From: an uncultured delta proteobacterium
GTDB taxonomy: Bacteria > Desulfobacterota > Binatia > UBA9968
NCBI GenBank assembly: GCA_963745035.1
Contig: CAVUVW010000021.1
Location: 128,001 to 192,000 of the forward strand
Length of the DNA: 64,000 nucleotides
Reading direction: 5' to 3'
A program made the translations under genes and the position numbers. Shown piece after piece: positions 28,669 through 40,045 of this stretch (positions within the stretch are counted from its first letter, which is position 1; every line of letters starts with the position of its first letter). The notes beneath the pieces are model-generated. The model was not told the origin of the DNA. It made no database searches and saw only the letters and a list, made by a program, of their open reading frames with translations.

Positions 28669-29667
28669 TCAACTGCCTTTCGTGCCGGCGGCTTGGAGGC
28701 CGTTCGCATAGCGGCGAATGCCTCTCTCCAGAGCCACCGCGATATTTTCCCGATAATTTTCCTTTGTCAACAACGCGGCCTCGCGCTCGTTGGAGAGGCA
28801 GGCGATCTCGACCAAGATCGCGGGCATCTGGGTGCCGATCAATACGGCAAACGGCGCGGTTTTCACGCCGCGGTTCTCCAGCTCGGGATTTTCCGCGCGC
28901 AGCGTGCGGAACAGTTGGCTTTGGATCGTATGGGCGAGGGCGCGAGATTCGTCGCGGCGCGCATCGACGTAGATCTTTTCCAGAATTTTTTTATAGTCGG
29001 AGAGCGCATAGCGCGAGTCCTTGTTTTCCCGCTTGGCCAATTGGAGGATGGCCGGATCGTCGGTGGGGCCGACGTAATAGGTCTCCAATGCGCGAATCGT
29101 ATGCGGCTCCATCCAGTTCACATGAATGGACACGAACAAGTCGGCCTTGTTCTCGTTGGCGAAGGCTACCCGCTGGTCGAGCCCCAGCGACCGGTCGGTG
29201 TCGCGGGTCAACAGCACTTGGAACGGCGCGTCTTTCAAAAGACGGCGCAAGCGCAGGGCGACGTCCAGGGTGATTTCTTTTTCGGTCATCCCGGCCTCGG
29301 CCGTAGCGCCTGGCTCGCCGCCGTGGCCGGCATCGATCACGATGGTTTGGACGGAAAGCGGCAGCGCCGACTGGTCGATGGGACGGGGCGGTGGAAGCGG
29401 CTCTGATCGCAGCGGCGGATCGATATTCGGCGCGGGATCCCGTTGAGCCGGCGCGGCGCTCAGCGCTGGCGTGCCGCTCTGCTGCGCTGCCGGCAGGGTC
29501 ATCATCACGGCGACGATCGCCGCGGCTGCCAAACCGCCCCATCGCCACACCCGGCGCTCGCCTGGCTGGCGTTTGCGCCGCGGGACTTTCACGTTGCGCA
29601 GCACAGCGACGTTGTCCTGCACGACGCCGCGGAGCAGCTCGGCCTTGGTTTCGTCGATATTGGCCAT
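28669..29667 (-). CDS. membrane-anchored N-acetylmuramoyl-L-alanine amidase (Amidase_3)
   Basis: IVIDAGHGG, EKEITLDVA, FVSIHVN, PAILVEIA; N-terminal cytoplasmic segment plus TM helix. Confidence 0.92.
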   Translation of the reverse strand: MANIDETKAELLRGVVQDNVAVLRNVKVPRRKRQPGERRVWRWGGLAAAAIVAVMMTLPAAQQSGTPALSAAPAQRDPAPNIDPPLRSEPLPPPRPIDQSALPLSVQTIVIDAGHGGEPGATAEAGMTEKEITLDVALRLRRLLKDAPFQVLLTRDTDRSLGLDQRVAFANENKADLFVSIHVNWMEPHTIRALETYYVGPTDDPAILQLAKRENKDSRYALSDYKKILEKIYVDARRDESRALAHTIQSQLFRTLRAENPELENRGVKTAPFAVLIGTQMPAILVEIACLSNEREAALLTKENYRENIAVALERGIRRYANGLQAAGTKGS

Positions 29668-29978
29668 GGGAACGCTTTTCGGAACCGCTACAAATAACCT
29701 GCAAAACTGCCCGATTCAGCCTTGCGACAAAGAATAGCACGAGGCAAAAAGTAACGCGATGTTTTTTCGCGCCCCGCGGCCGGAGGCTCGGAACCGCGTC
29801 GCGGCCGGCGGGCTATCGCCGGGCATAAGCAAGAAATCGCCGTGCCATTTTCGCCGCGTAAATGGGTGCAATTCCAAATTTTGTTGATAAGGTCGGAGAT
29901 CAGCGGCTCCCTCGCGCAAAAGCGCGGGTTTGGAGCCCCGCAGAATGCGGGGAAGATTGCTGTTGCGAGGCTGTGAAA

Positions 29979-31349
29979 CTACTTGGCAAACTTGGGCAGG
30001 AAATCTTCCAGGCGGATCTTCTTCATCACTTCTTCCGGGACTCTGAGCTCCGGTGCGAAGCCGGCGAGGGGCTTGGTCGCGTCCAGTCCCATTTTGGCGT
30101 TGACCCCGCCGGGGCCAGCGGAGGGATCGAGCTCGCTACCCTGCGCGTTGGCGATCACCACCAGGCCGCGATCGGCCTGGAAGCGGTTCGAGACCGCCCA
30201 AAGCACCTGCTCTTCATCGTACACGTCGATATCCTCGTCGACGACAACGACGTGCTTGAGCAGCATGTCGGAGGCGAAGGCGGCGCAGATGGCGTTCTTT
30301 GCCTGGCCCGGCGTGCGCTTCGCGATCGAAATATAGGCGTGGAAGCGGCAGTTGCCGGATACCGGCATGCAGACGCTTTTCACGGTCGGCACGCTGAGGC
30401 GCACCGCTTTGATCAACGCCGCCTCGCGCGGCACGGCGCCCATCAATTTATGCTCGGTGTAGCCGGCATGGACGTCCTGGAAGATATAGTTCTTGCGGTG
30501 GGTGATCGCGGTCACTTCGATGACTTGCCGTTCGTCTTTGGAAACCGCGTGGCCGGTGAATTCGCCGAACGGGCCTTCCTCGCGGCGCACGTTGGGAAGA
30601 ATCTTTCCCTCGATCACCATTTCGGCGTCGGCGGGAACCAGAATGGGCATTGTCTTGGCTTTCACCACGCGCAGCGCTTCGCCCATCATGCCGCCGATCA
30701 CCGCGTATTCGTCCTCCGTGGACGGCGTGAAGGCTTGCGCCCCGAGAGAAAAGAGCGGATGCACGCCGACGACGACGGCGATCGGCAACGGCTCGTTGCG
30801 CCGCTCCATCTTGTTGTGCAGGGTCCAGAGATGCCGTCCGACGGCCATGAAAATGCGCAACTCGCGCTTGCGCGCCATCATCAGCCGGTTGTAGCTCGTG
30901 TTTCTGACGCCGGTGTCCGGGTCGGCGGCGACTACGATGCCCGCGGTGATGTAGGGCGCGGCGTTGACATCGTAGTGGGTGAGGAGCGGCACTTTGCCGA
31001 GATCGACGTCGTCGGCGCTCTGGACGACTTCGTGCACCGGCGCATCGTTGACTTCGACCGGCGCGATCGGCTTGCCCTGACGATCGCTAAACGTCTTCGC
31101 GAGATTTTCGGGTTTGCACTCCAGCGCCAGCGCCATCAGCTTGCGGCTCGCCTGGGCGTTAATGACCACCGGTGCCTCGCTGCCTTCGACGTTTTCGCAA
31201 AACAGCAAGGGAAAACGTTTTGCCTTTTCCAATTGTGTGAGCAGCGCGGTGATTTCATAGCGCGGGCCGATCGGCTTTGTTACGCGCGCTACTTCGTCGG
31301 GATGTTTGGACTCCAGCTCGGCGATGAAACTGCGCAGGTCTTTGGGCAT
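29979..31349 (-). CDS. UbiD-family decarboxylase
   Basis: AEMVIEG, EGPFGEFTG, VVVVDEDID, LDPS. Confidence 0.93.
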   Translation of the reverse strand: MPKDLRSFIAELESKHPDEVARVTKPIGPRYEITALLTQLEKAKRFPLLFCENVEGSEAPVVINAQASRKLMALALECKPENLAKTFSDRQGKPIAPVEVNDAPVHEVVQSADDVDLGKVPLLTHYDVNAAPYITAGIVVAADPDTGVRNTSYNRLMMARKRELRIFMAVGRHLWTLHNKMERRNEPLPIAVVVGVHPLFSLGAQAFTPSTEDEYAVIGGMMGEALRVVKAKTMPILVPADAEMVIEGKILPNVRREEGPFGEFTGHAVSKDERQVIEVTAITHRKNYIFQDVHAGYTEHKLMGAVPREAALIKAVRLSVPTVKSVCMPVSGNCRFHAYISIAKRTPGQAKNAICAAFASDMLLKHVVVVDEDIDVYDEEQVLWAVSNRFQADRGLVVIANAQGSELDPSAGPGGVNAKMGLDATKPLAGFAPELRVPEEVMKKIRLEDFLPKFAK

Positions 31350-31464
31350 GACAATCGTGATCGGTTCTAGCTCAGAGAGTGGCGCCGACCATGGAATAAC
31401 ACCGAAGGCATATCAAGTGCCACGACCATACAGTCGGTCTTCGATTGTCCGTGGCCTAGAAAAT

Positions 31465-32532
31465 TTATAGCCCATAGAGCCGGCGCGGGTTGTCGTCGAG
31501 GATTTTTTTCTTGATCGGGTCGGCGACCAGGTCCGTGGCGCGGAAGATGTCGATGGCGTCGACTTCGCTCGACGCGTCGGTGTGGCCATAGTCGGTGCCG
31601 ATCACCAGATTGTCTTCGCCGGCGTAGCGCAGCACGTACTCAAAATCGTCGTTGGTTTCCGTCGTGACGTAGATGTTGAATTCCTTGAACGGCAGCTTGG
31701 GAAAGCCTTTGGCACCGCTGCGGCGGATCGCTTCCTTGACGACCCAGGGCACCCACTGCGCCGAGGCTTCGACGAATGCCCAGCGCAACTGCGGAAACGT
31801 TTTCGGCACGTCGCTCATCATCAGCGATAGGCACGTGATGACCGTCGGAACGCGGAACTGGGCGAAGCCGCCCATGCGGTCGTAGCGCGGCTTGAATTGA
31901 TCGAGGAGCTGCGGGCTGCCGTTGGCGATGTGCACGGCTACGGCCAGATCGAGCCGCGTCGCTTCCTCGTAAATCGCATAAAAATACGGATCCACCAGAT
32001 GCTTGTCGTCTTCGAAGGGGCGAAGGCTGACCGCCACGGCGCCGTTTTCCTTGGCATAGCGCATCTGCTGCACGGCCTCCGGGAGCGTCATCGCGGGGAC
32101 GACGCAGGACCAGCGCAGCCGGTTATTGCCCTGCTTCCAAACCTCCGCCATCCAGCGGTTCCACGACTTGCACAGCGCGATCTCGGCGTCGGCCTTATCG
32201 GCGACCCGTGCGATCCACATCGTGTTGAAAAGGATCTGCACGTCGATGCCGAGCTTGTCCATGTGCTTCAGGCGCAGCTCGACGTCGCGCAGCTCGCGCG
32301 CCTCGGGCGCGGTCTTGAGCTCGCGGCCGGTTTCCTTCGAGAGCGCGATCAGTTCCTGCTCGGTCAAGGTCGGCGGGCGAAAGCCGACCGATTTTCCCTC
32401 GACGAACCAGTATTGCATGTTGGGATTGTCGTTGGAGCTGAAAAGCTGCGGGCGGAACTTTTTCTCGGCTGCGTCCAGGAAGTCCCACGTGTGCTCGGAT
32501 TCGACCACGTGGGCATCAGCGTCGACGATCAT
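31465..32532 (-). CDS. amidohydrolase (Amidohydro_2) family protein
   Basis: DADAHV, AVHIA, FVEASAQW, GTDYGH. Confidence 0.9.
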   Translation of the reverse strand: MIVDADAHVVESEHTWDFLDAAEKKFRPQLFSSNDNPNMQYWFVEGKSVGFRPPTLTEQELIALSKETGRELKTAPEARELRDVELRLKHMDKLGIDVQILFNTMWIARVADKADAEIALCKSWNRWMAEVWKQGNNRLRWSCVVPAMTLPEAVQQMRYAKENGAVAVSLRPFEDDKHLVDPYFYAIYEEATRLDLAVAVHIANGSPQLLDQFKPRYDRMGGFAQFRVPTVITCLSLMMSDVPKTFPQLRWAFVEASAQWVPWVVKEAIRRSGAKGFPKLPFKEFNIYVTTETNDDFEYVLRYAGEDNLVIGTDYGHTDASSEVDAIDIFRATDLVADPIKKKILDDNPRRLYGL

Positions 32533-32640
32533 GATGCACTCCTCTTTCCAGAATGATCACTCGGTGAAAGGCACGATTGATTGTACGCGAGCCAGTCGGC
32601 GGATCAAGCGCATAGGCCTCGGCTGCGTGCCTGGACGCTC

Positions 32641-33705
32641 TTAACGCGGCGGCAGCGGGCCATGCTCGGCGATCTTTTTATAAAGGCCGACGACTTCGGG
32701 GTCGCGCGGCAGTTGGCGGATCGACGCCTCGACTTCTTCTCCGGTCAGCGGCGTGGGCTCGCCGCCCATCAGTTTTTTAAATTCCTGAGGGAACCCCGGA
32801 TCCTTGAACGTTTTGTTCATCGCTTCGCGGAGCGTCTTGACGATCTCCGGCGGGGTTGCCGGCGGCAAAACGTAGGGCCAGCGCGGGTACATGAATTCGC
32901 GGAACAGGCTGATCAGTTGCCGTTCCTTGTCGTTTTTCGCCAGCGAGTCCGCGTCGGGCACGTTGGCGAAGCGCGGATGAAATTTGCCTTTGGGAATGGT
33001 CAGGGTCGCGTGAATGTTGAGCTCGCCCTTGGCAAGCGCCTCGCCGTTTCGGCGCACCACCGTATCGGCGCTGTTGGCGCGCGCGTCGATCTCGCCCCGA
33101 GCCAGCGCCGCGTCCATTTCCACACCGCCGAAGCCGACGATGATCTTGGGATCTTTGAGGCCCAAGAGATATGTGAAGATGCGCCCACTGACATAGACTG
33201 CGTGGCCGACGGTCTGCGCCGCGATCTTTACGCCGGAGGCGGCGCGCAGTTTTTCCAGGGTGTCGAAGCCCGCCCCTTTGCGGCTCAAGAATACGTACGG
33301 GTCGCCGTGCTCGGTGGAGCCGAGATAAATGAGCTTGTCGATATCGTATCGTGCCCCGGGCAGTCCGAGGATCGCACCCGAGGCGAGGCCCGATCCTACG
33401 GCTGTGATCGAGAGACCATCGGGTTTCGCCGTCGAGTAGATGTGATTCACCGCTTTCATGCCGGCGGCGCCGGGCATGTTCTCGATGATGATCGTCGGAT
33501 TGCCGGGAATGTATTTCCTCAAAAAGGGGATGAGCGCGCGCGCCTGCATATCTCCCGAGCCGCCGGGCTCGCCGCCGCGAACGATCGTGATCGTCTTGCC
33601 CTGATAATAGGGCGTCTGTGAAAACACCGCTTCCGGTGCGACCGCCGCGTGACTGAAGGCGAGCGCCAGTGTTGCTACCGCCATCGATTCAACTTTGAAT
33701 CGCAT
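32641..33705 (-). CDS. Bug/TctC tripartite tricarboxylate transporter binding protein
   Basis: YQGKTITIV, IPGNPTIIIENMPGAAG, AKPDGL. Confidence 0.9.
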   Translation of the reverse strand: MRFKVESMAVATLALAFSHAAVAPEAVFSQTPYYQGKTITIVRGGEPGGSGDMQARALIPFLRKYIPGNPTIIIENMPGAAGMKAVNHIYSTAKPDGLSITAVGSGLASGAILGLPGARYDIDKLIYLGSTEHGDPYVFLSRKGAGFDTLEKLRAASGVKIAAQTVGHAVYVSGRIFTYLLGLKDPKIIVGFGGVEMDAALARGEIDARANSADTVVRRNGEALAKGELNIHATLTIPKGKFHPRFANVPDADSLAKNDKERQLISLFREFMYPRWPYVLPPATPPEIVKTLREAMNKTFKDPGFPQEFKKLMGGEPTPLTGEEVEASIRQLPRDPEVVGLYKKIAEHGPLPPR

Positions 33706-33873
33706 AGATTCAACCTCCAGGTAGATTGTCGCGATGCACGATTCCGTTAAAAACCATCGGGCTGCTTGATTCCACCGGTCTATATATCAGTAATCATGGC
33801 GGAAGCTAAGCGACGAAGTCGTCGATTGGTGGTAGTGCGGCCGACAATATCGCTTGTGGCCGGCCATTTGCCA

Positions 33874-34933
33874 TCATAGCGGCGGAAGTGGGTCCGGTCC
33901 GGCAATCTTTTTATAGGTTTCCACGGTTTCCGGTTCGCGAGGAATTTCTCTGATCGCTCTTTCCTGTTCCTCCGGCATCAGCGGCGCCGCCGCGCCGCCG
34001 GTGAGCTTTTTCATATTGGCGTGGAACTCCGGATCGTTGAGACTTTTCGAAAAGCCGCTTTGAGGATATCCACCGCTTCCGGCGGACTGCCGGGCGGTAG
34101 AATATAGGGCACGCCGATGAGTCTGAAGTTCCGCGCCATGACGAGGATCTTTTTGCCTTGATCAGTTTTCGCAAAAGTATCCAGCGAAGGAATCTTACTG
34201 AAAGCCGGGTGCGGTACGCGATAGCCACGAGGGATCTCGAACAATGCCTGCCAATCGACCAGCCTCTTTTCCAACCATTCGCCGCGCCGCGTGATATCGT
34301 CCGGCACCGATGCGCGCGCATCGATCTCGCCTTGAAGCAAGGCGGCATCGAGGTCGGGTCCGGAGTATCCGGGAATGAATTTCGGCTGCTTCAGTTCCAT
34401 CAACCAAGCGAACAATCGCCCGAGAAAATATATGCTGTGGCCCACGGTCTGGCCGCCGACCTTGATGCCGGTTGCCGCGCGCAGTTTTTCGATAATTGTT
34501 CAAGCCGAGTTGGGCTCCTGGTGTAAAAAACGTAGTTGGTCTGGGAGCTGCCGGCGCCGAGATAGATGAATTTATCGACATCGTATTGTACGCCACTTTC
34601 GCCGAGGACGGCGCTCGACACAAAGCCTTCGCCGATATTGGCGATGGTCAAGCCGTCGGCGCGCGCGACACGGAACATGTGATTGGCCGCCTTGCGCCCG
34701 CCGCCGCCGTCCATGTACTCACTGATGATGGCGGGGTTGCCGGGAATATTTTTCTGCAGGATCGGCAGCAGCGCTCGCACCCGGATGTCTCCCTGTCCCC
34801 CGGGCGCCCGCCCCTGCACGATCGTGATCGTCTTGTCTTTGTAGAACGCGGACTGCGCGTTAGCCGATGCGCTGCACATGAGCGACAAGAGCGCGACTGC
34901 AATCGTTGTGGGAAACAGTTTCCAATGAGGCAT
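33874..34933 (-). CDS. Bug/TctC binding protein (multiple frameshifts)
   Basis: YKDKTITIVQG, IPGNPAII, ARADGLTI; ends YKKIAGPDPLPPL. Confidence 0.78.
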
Positions 34934-35040
34934 GTCAAATCTCCTTGGTGCAATTTGCTCCAAAAGTGAAACTTCTTTTCGGCCGCCACTCGCGAGATTC
35001 TTTGGCCAATAGGAAAATCGAAACAGACCTGCGGGTTCGA

Positions 35041-36048
35041 CTATTTGAGAATCTCCGATAATTTTGGAATCAATGCCTTGTCGAGGGCGAACAGCTCTTT
35101 GATGTTGCGCTCGAGGGTAACGCCGTCCAGCGGGTTCAAATCGAGTTTGGCCCTTTTGAGCTCGGCGCCGAATTCCTGATCTTTCATCGTATCCATGAAG
35201 GCTTTGCGCAGCATTTCAACGCGCGCCTTCGGAGTGCCGGGTGTGACAACATAAGGGCGCGCGGTCGCGCCGAAGTTGTTGATGACCCCTTGAACGAGCT
35301 TTTTCCCCATATCGGTTTTCGCATACTCGATCACCAGCGGTACGTTGGCCAACTCGGGATGGCGTTTGCCGGCCGCTTGCAGAAGAACTACGGCGTCGCC
35401 GTTTTGCAGCTCCTGCGGCCAAGTGGAGACCATCGACTCCCAGGCATTGGCGACGCCATCGACTTCGCCGCCGTTGAAGGCGAGGCGGATGACCGCACTG
35501 CCCTTATATCCGGACACCACTTGCAGCGGCAGGTTCAACGCTTCTTTGGCGATCTTGGGAATCGATTCGTTAGCCGAGCCGGGACCGGTGCTGCCGAACT
35601 TCACCGGCGTAGGATGCGCGAGCCATTGCTCGACCGTCCTGATGCCGGTGCGTTTATGAACGATCAGCAATTGCGTGTCCTGCGCCGGCGCGCCGATATA
35701 TTCGAATTTTCTGCCGTCGAACTCGATGCCCGGCTTGCCGATGAGCTGATCGACGAACATGGTGCCGATGGGCGTGCCGATGGTGAGGCCGTCCGGTTTG
35801 GCCGCTTTATAAACGTGATTGATGCCGATCAGCCCGCCGGCACCGGTCATGTTCTCGACGACGAAAACCGGATTGCCCGGAATGTATTTTCCCATGTGGC
35901 GACCCATCACGCGGGAGTAAATGTCGTAGCCTCCTCCAGCGGCGAAGGGCACGACAATGCGAATCGTTTTGCCCTTGAAGAATAAATCTTGGGCCCATGC
36001 CGCGTCGCTCAGGATCAGGATGAGCGCCAATGCCAACCGCCTAGCCAT
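35041..36048 (-). CDS. Bug/TctC binding protein
   Basis: FKGKTIRIVVPFAAGGGYD, VVENMTGAGG. Confidence 0.92.
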   Translation of the reverse strand: MARRLALALILILSDAAWAQDLFFKGKTIRIVVPFAAGGGYDIYSRVMGRHMGKYIPGNPVFVVENMTGAGGLIGINHVYKAAKPDGLTIGTPIGTMFVDQLIGKPGIEFDGRKFEYIGAPAQDTQLLIVHKRTGIRTVEQWLAHPTPVKFGSTGPGSANESIPKIAKEALNLPLQVVSGYKGSAVIRLAFNGGEVDGVANAWESMVSTWPQELQNGDAVVLLQAAGKRHPELANVPLVIEYAKTDMGKKLVQGVINNFGATARPYVVTPGTPKARVEMLRKAFMDTMKDQEFGAELKRAKLDLNPLDGVTLERNIKELFALDKALIPKLSEILK

Positions 36049-36168
36049 AATGGGATTCCTTTCGGGTGGCGAGATTACCCGAATCGCCGCCCATACGGCA
36101 ACCGTGACTTTTCCTGCGCACAAGGATTATGCTAGGCTTTGCGTCACCTGGACGAGTTAGGAGACGCT

Positions 36169-37635
36169 ATGTTCGACAGTTCACAAATCCAACCTCATAT
36201 CGCCTTCACCGATTTGCGCGAATGGATCGCCGAGGCGGAAAAGCTCGGCGAGGTCAAAACCGTTCTCGGCGCCTCGTGGCAGGAGGAGATCGGCTTGGCG
36301 AGCGACGTCGTGGTGCCGCCCGACGACGGACCGGCGGTGATCTTCGATGAAGTGCCGGGTTGTCCCAAAGGATTTCGCCTGCTGATCAATTGCTTCGCCG
36401 GCAAGCGGCGCGCGATGACGCTCGGTTTCCCGCAAGGCCTCACCAAGCAAGAGCTGAGCGATGCCTATTTCGCGCACTACCAGAAGGAACCCAAGCATAT
36501 TCCGCCGGTGATCGTCGATAGCGGGCCGGTTTTCGAGAACGTTCTCAACGGCGACGCCGTCGATATCATGAAATTTCCCACGCCGGTGTGGCACGTGAAC
36601 GACGGCGGGCGCTACATCGGCACCGGCTGCTATTCCGTGACCATGGATCCCGACGAAAAATGGATCAACGCCGGCTGCTACCGCGCCATGGTCCAGGATC
36701 AGAAAAGCGTGAGCCTGCTGATGGTGCCGGGCAAACACGGCTACATGCACCGGGAGAAGTACTTCAAGCGCGGCGAGAAAATGCCGCTGGCATTGGTCGT
36801 CGGCGGCGACCCGCTGTTTTTCTTCATGGCCGGCACCGAGCAGCCCTACGGCCTGTGCGAATACGACATCGTCGGCGGCATGCGCGGAAAACCGGTCGAG
36901 TGCGTGCGCGGCAAGATCACCGGCTTGCCTTTTCCCGCCAACGCCGAGATCGTCTTCGAAGGCTTCCTGAACAACGACAATCGAAAATTCGAAGGGCCAT
37001 TCGGCGAATGGACCGGCTACTACGCCTCGGACGAAAGCGCGCAGCCGGTACTGGAAATCGAAGCGGTCTATCATCGCAACGACCCGATCATTCTCGGCGT
37101 CCCGCCGATTGGCGGCGGCTCCGATGAAATGGCGCGTTATCGCGCGATCATGCGCTCCGCCATGCTCAAGCAGCAGCTTCAGAGCGCGGGTGTGCCGGAC
37201 GTGACCCAGGTGTGGTCGCACGAGATCGGCGCCTCGCGCATGCTGATCGCGCTCGCGATCAAGCAGCGCTATGCCGGCCACGCCAAACAGGTCGGCGTGC
37301 TCGCGGCGAGCTGCGGCGCGAGCGTCTATGGCTGCAAGATGGTGATCGTGGTCGACGACGACATCGACGCGTCGAATCTCGATCAGCTCATGTGGGCGAT
37401 GCTGTCGCGCTACGATCCGGCGACTTCAGTGGACATCCTGCGCCGCATGCGCAGTACGCCGGCCGACCCGCGCCTCACGCCCGAGCAGCGCAAGGTGCGC
37501 GACTTCACCAATTCGCGCATGGTCATCGACGCCACCCGGCCGTACGAATGGCGCGATAAGTTTCCCAAGGTCAACGCGCCGAGCCAGGAGGTCGCGCGCA
37601 AGGCGCGCGAGCAATTCGGCTACCTGCTGAAATAG
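36169..37635 (+). CDS. UbiD-family decarboxylase
   Basis: DGGRYIGTG, EGPFGEWTGYY, VIVVDDDID; RBS AGGAG. Confidence 0.93.
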   Translation: MFDSSQIQPHIAFTDLREWIAEAEKLGEVKTVLGASWQEEIGLASDVVVPPDDGPAVIFDEVPGCPKGFRLLINCFAGKRRAMTLGFPQGLTKQELSDAYFAHYQKEPKHIPPVIVDSGPVFENVLNGDAVDIMKFPTPVWHVNDGGRYIGTGCYSVTMDPDEKWINAGCYRAMVQDQKSVSLLMVPGKHGYMHREKYFKRGEKMPLALVVGGDPLFFFMAGTEQPYGLCEYDIVGGMRGKPVECVRGKITGLPFPANAEIVFEGFLNNDNRKFEGPFGEWTGYYASDESAQPVLEIEAVYHRNDPIILGVPPIGGGSDEMARYRAIMRSAMLKQQLQSAGVPDVTQVWSHEIGASRMLIALAIKQRYAGHAKQVGVLAASCGASVYGCKMVIVVDDDIDASNLDQLMWAMLSRYDPATSVDILRRMRSTPADPRLTPEQRKVRDFTNSRMVIDATRPYEWRDKFPKVNAPSQEVARKAREQFGYLLK

Positions 37636-37751
37636 CGGTTAAGTTTCGGTTTGAAGATCAAAGAGCTTGGATTCCCACGTGCGCGGGAATGATGGCTAAG
37701 AGTTGACTGCCAGTTTTTCGCAACCGGTTGGAAAGTGGATGCGTCGCTTTC

Positions 37752-38934
37752 TCAATCCAAGCGAAAGAAGTCCAGAGCGTTGCCGCAGACCATCTTGTGT
37801 TTTTCGTCGCCCGGCACTCCGGCGAAATTTTTCTCGATAATTTTCAGTGACTCGGGCCAGTCGGATTCCTGATGGGGGAAGTCGGACCCCCACATGAGGC
37901 GATCGACGTTGATCTTGTGGCGCAGCTCGACGCCGACGCGGTCGTATTGAAAGCCCCAGAGAAAATGCTCGCGAATATATTCGCTAGGCGGGCGCTTCAG
38001 CGGTTTGAGACCGAGCAGGCGCTCGGCCCAGCGGTGATGGCGGTCGTAGCGCACGTCGGCAGCCTGCAGAAAGAAGGGAATCCAGCCGATCTGATTTTCG
38101 GCGAAAAAGATCTTCAGATCGGGAAAGCGATCGAAGAGGGCGGATAGCACCCACTGCGCCGCGGCGACCGCGCCGTTCCCGCGCACCGGCCCGAAGCGGC
38201 TCACCTGATCGACGAGGTCATGGGTAAGCTTCTTCATGACGTCGTCGGGTTCTTGCGGATACTTGAAAAGCGGTCCCTTGCGCTCGCCGGTCCGGTCGAG
38301 GTCGACGTGGACGCTGATGGGCATTCCTATTTCCTGGCGCGCGCGACCAGAAATGATCGTCCTCATCCGATGGATGAGCTTTACTCGACGGAAAGCCTTG
38401 AAGTAGTACAGTTTTGAACCCTGCCGTGGCGCAATACTCAAGCTCTTCTAGAACATCATCGAGGGCGCATCCCAGCGGCAAGATGCCCACGCCGATCAAA
38501 CGCTCGGGAGCTGTGGCGCAGTATTCCTCTGCCAGCCAGCTGTTATAGGCGCGCACCACGGCCTTGTATGCCGCATTGTCGTCGATGCGCCGCCACAATT
38601 TCGGTCCGCCTTGCTGCGACGGAAAAAGCACCTCGGCGTCGATGCCGTCCTGGTCCTGTTCCGATACCCGCTGTTGCGCGCTGCCGGTGCCGGGAGTGCC
38701 TTCATATCTGCCGCTGAACGGGACGTATTGATCGCGGCCTTTGCCGCCGTAGAGATCGGCCGCGGCGGCGGGACGAACAATTTTGCCGGCGATCGCCCAA
38801 GCGTCGCCGCCGTCGGCTTGGCGCACGAGACGAGGCGCCAGCGCGCGATATTTTTCCGGCACGCGCTCGAGCCAGTGCTTGGAGTCAATTTCCAGGTGCG
38901 AGTCGGCGGAGATGTACCGATAAGGGCGTAGCAC
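37752..38934 (-). CDS. amidohydrolase family protein (frameshift ~38340)
   Basis: ISADSHLE, ISVHV, FAENQIGW, WGSDFPH. Confidence 0.85.
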
Positions 38935-39017
38935 TGAACAATCGCCTCCTATGACCAGGGTCACTGGGTCACGGTCCTCGCAACACTCCAGTACTCAATG
39001 CTCCATCACTCCAATTC

Positions 39018-40013
39018 TCAACGATACAGCGCATCGATATATCCCGCGCGGTCCAGCTCCTCGAGCAAACTGGTATCGATGAAATCTTTTGGATTGGCGT
39101 TCCGAGCCGCAGGTAAGCGGTCGCTTGCGTCTTGAATGATGGTCTTGAAGCCGTCGATGGATGGATACGGCTTGGGCTTGGCCATCTCGCGCAGCGTCTG
39201 GTAAGCGTCCTCGGTCTGCTTTTCGTCTTTGCTCTGGCGATATCTTGACAGCGCTCGCTTCGACAGCGCCGGATTGGTCCGCACGACGTGAATGGCTTCG
39301 ACGAAGGACTTCAATGTCCGTCTTGCGAGATCGCGGTTGCGCGCAATCAAGCGCTGGGTCGTGACCAGACCGGTGCCCTGATAGGGCACGTTCAAGTCGC
39401 GCAGGTTGAGCAGGATCTTCATGCCCCTGCGGGTTGCTTCGAAGTGGTCCGGCGGCGACAGCAGAGTCGCGTCGATGGAGCCGCCGTGCAGCGCGATCAA
39501 TCGTTCGGGCGTGTCGCCGACCTGTAGGAAAGTCACGTCCCGCTCGCCCATGCCATATCTCGGCAGCACGTTCAGCAGGCGCATGTGGGACGCCGACCCG
39601 AATCGAAAGACGCCGACCCGTTTGCCTTTGAGCTCTTCGACGGAATTGATATTGGGGCGGACGATCAAACGGTCGTTAAGAACATCCTGAACGCCGGCCA
39701 CCATCACGGGATCGGCGCCCTGCAGCCTGGCGGAAAACATCAACGCGCCCGTCATCTGTCCGAACTGGACCTCTCCCGCAACTAACGTTTCGATGGCGGC
39801 ACGCGTGTAAATGATTTCCGCGTTGATGCCGTTCTTGGTGAAAATCCCGCCCACGTCGGCGACCCACAACACGCCCTGAGTTGGAGAAACTGCGGAAAAG
39901 GCCACGCGGACCTTGTCGGCGGCGAGGCCATGCGTCTGGAAGAGAACAAGGAAGCCTATGGTGATGGCAATGAGCGAAGGCTTTTTTTGATCATGAGCTC
40001 TTACGAATTTCAT
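39018..40013 (-). CDS. NitT/TauT substrate-binding protein
   Basis: FTKNGI, LKGKRVGVFRFGS, KPYPS. Confidence 0.9.
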   Translation of the reverse strand: MKFVRAHDQKKPSLIAITIGFLVLFQTHGLAADKVRVAFSAVSPTQGVLWVADVGGIFTKNGINAEIIYTRAAIETLVAGEVQFGQMTGALMFSARLQGADPVMVAGVQDVLNDRLIVRPNINSVEELKGKRVGVFRFGSASHMRLLNVLPRYGMGERDVTFLQVGDTPERLIALHGGSIDATLLSPPDHFEATRRGMKILLNLRDLNVPYQGTGLVTTQRLIARNRDLARRTLKSFVEAIHVVRTNPALSKRALSRYRQSKDEKQTEDAYQTLREMAKPKPYPSIDGFKTIIQDASDRLPAARNANPKDFIDTSLLEELDRAGYIDALYR

Positions 40014-40045
40014 TCGCGTTGCCTACTTGTCAGGTTCTGCGTTGA

